Source of the DNA: an uncultured Pelagibacteraceae bacterium
GTDB lineage: Bacteria > Pseudomonadota > Alphaproteobacteria > Pelagibacterales > Pelagibacteraceae
Length of the DNA: 64,000 nucleotides
Direction: 5' to 3'
Assembly: GCA_902616645.1 (NCBI GenBank)
Contig: CACMTO010000004.1
Location: 25,889 to 89,888 of the forward strand
Below the pieces are notes generated by a model. It ran no database searches. It was given only the letters and a program-made list of their open reading frames with translations, and was not told the origin of the DNA. Positions 62,719 to 64,000 of the stretch are shown here, piece by piece. Both the position numbers and the translations under genes were made by a program. How positions within the stretch are numbered: the first letter of the stretch is position 1; the number at the start of each line of letters is the position of its first letter.

Positions 62719-63594
62719 TCAATCAGACAATTTGTTAAATAATGTTTGTCCGATTTTTGATGGTGAGTTTGCTATAGTTATTCCACACTCTTCCATCTTT
62801 TTTATTTTATCTTTAGCTCCACCTTTTCCTCCAGATATAATTGCTCCTGCATGCCCCATTCTACGTCCTGGAGGTGCTGTTATCCCAGCAATAAATCCAA
62901 CTATTGGTTTTTTTATATTGTGATTTTTAATAAATTCTGCTGCTTCTTCCTCTGCAGTACCACCAATCTCCCCAATCATTAAAATTGATTGCGTCTCATC
63001 ATCGTTTAAAAATAAATCTAAACAGTCAACAAAATTAGTCCCGTTAATTGGATCCCCACCAATACCAATACAGGTAGATTGCCCTAAACCATTTTCTGTT
63101 GTCTGTGCCACTGCCTCATAAGTTAAAGTTCCAGATCTAGATACAATTCCAACTGTTCCTTTTTTATGAATGCTGCCAGGCATTATACCAATTTTACACT
63201 CATCGGGAGTTATAATTCCTGGACAATTAGGGCCAATCAATCTACTTTTTGAATTGTTTAACTTCTGTTTAACTTTTAACATGTCCTGAATAGGAATTCC
63301 CTCAGTTATACATACGATTAATTCTATAGATGCATCAATCGCTTCAATAATTGCTGAAGCTGCAAATTTGGCTGGAACATAAATCATTGTTGCGTTTGCT
63401 CCTTCAGAATTTTTTGCCTCTTTTACTGTATTAAAAACTGGGAGATCTAAATGTTTTTGGCCACCTTTTTTTGGTGTCACCCCTCCAACTAAATTTGTTC
63501 CATATTTTAATGCTTGCTCGGAATGAAAAGTTCCATGAGAGCCTGTAAATCCTTGACAGATTAGTCTAGTATTTTTATCAACTAAAACCGACAT
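62719..63594 (-). CDS. sucD: Succinyl-CoA ligase alpha subunit
   Basis: [26 protein letters not shown]. Confidence 0.98.
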   Translation of the reverse strand: MSVLVDKNTRLICQGFTGSHGTFHSEQALKYGTNLVGGVTPKKGGQKHLDLPVFNTVKEAKNSEGANATMIYVPAKFAASAIIEAIDASIELIVCITEGIPIQDMLKVKQKLNNSKSRLIGPNCPGIITPDECKIGIMPGSIHKKGTVGIVSRSGTLTYEAVAQTTENGLGQSTCIGIGGDPINGTNFVDCLDLFLNDDETQSILMIGEIGGTAEEEAAEFIKNHNIKKPIVGFIAGITAPPGRRMGHAGAIISGGKGGAKDKIKKMEECGITIANSPSKIGQTLFNKLSD

Positions 63595-64000
63595 TTAATT
63601 GATTGCCTCAACGATTTTTTTTGCTGCATCATCAAGATTCTCAGCAGATATTAATTTTAACCCTGAATTATCTAATATTTCTTTTCCCTCTTTAAAATTC
63701 GTACCAGCTAGTCTGACTACTAAAGGAACATTAATTTTCATTTCTTTTGCAGCATCTACAACACCTTGGGCGAGAACATCACATCGCATTATACCACCAA
63801 AAATATTGATTAATATCCCCTTTACATTTTTATCAGACAAAATTATTTTAAAAGCTGCTGTAACCTTTTCCTTTGATGCTCCTCCACCAACATCTAAAAA
63901 ATTTGCTGGCTCCTGTCCATATAATTTGATTATATCCATTGTAGCCATAGCCAATCCAGCTCCGTTAACCATACATCCAATACTACCGTCTAATTTGATA
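63595..64000 (-). CDS. sucC: Succinyl-CoA ligase beta subunit, C-terminal part (5' end outside the window)
   Basis: [38 protein letters not shown]. Confidence 0.97.
   Translation of the reverse strand, partial: IKLDGSIGCMVNGAGLAMATMDIIKLYGQEPANFLDVGGGASKEKVTAAFKIILSDKNVKGILINIFGGIMRCDVLAQGVVDAAKEMKINVPLVVRLAGTNFKEGKEILDNSGLKLISAENLDDAAKKIVEAIN

Overview
A very AT-rich, densely packed alphaproteobacterial chromosome segment. Gene content and order, class I LysRS, tiny or negative intergenic spacers and a SAM-II riboswitch before metX point to Pelagibacterales (SAR11); this assignment is inferred. The window holds about 60 intact housekeeping and metabolic CDS, including chvI-chvG-ahcY-tsaE-amgK-murU, polA, regA, a three-gene polyamine operon, metX-metW, rplU-rpmA-obgE-proBA-nadD-rsfS-ctpA-rppH, atpHAGDC, priA and sucCD-sucAB-lpdA. 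I saw no tRNA, rRNA, CRISPR array, prophage or IS element. Main points of interest: (1) an RND pump whose periplasmic adaptor lacks the alpha-helical hairpin that normally docks TolC, encoded downstream of msrA-sseA; (2) an ODC-like decarboxylase, deoxyhypusine-synthase-like enzyme and ureohydrolase operon, probably a SAM-free homospermidine route; (3) a SAM-II aptamer followed by a complementary anti-aptamer strand lying over the metX initiation region; (4) an RpoH-type promoter and minimal ROSE-like thermometer before ibpA; (5) a GT9 enzyme lacking the usual catalytic Asp; (6) a very basic coiled-coil ORF at the left edge that the ORF track missed.
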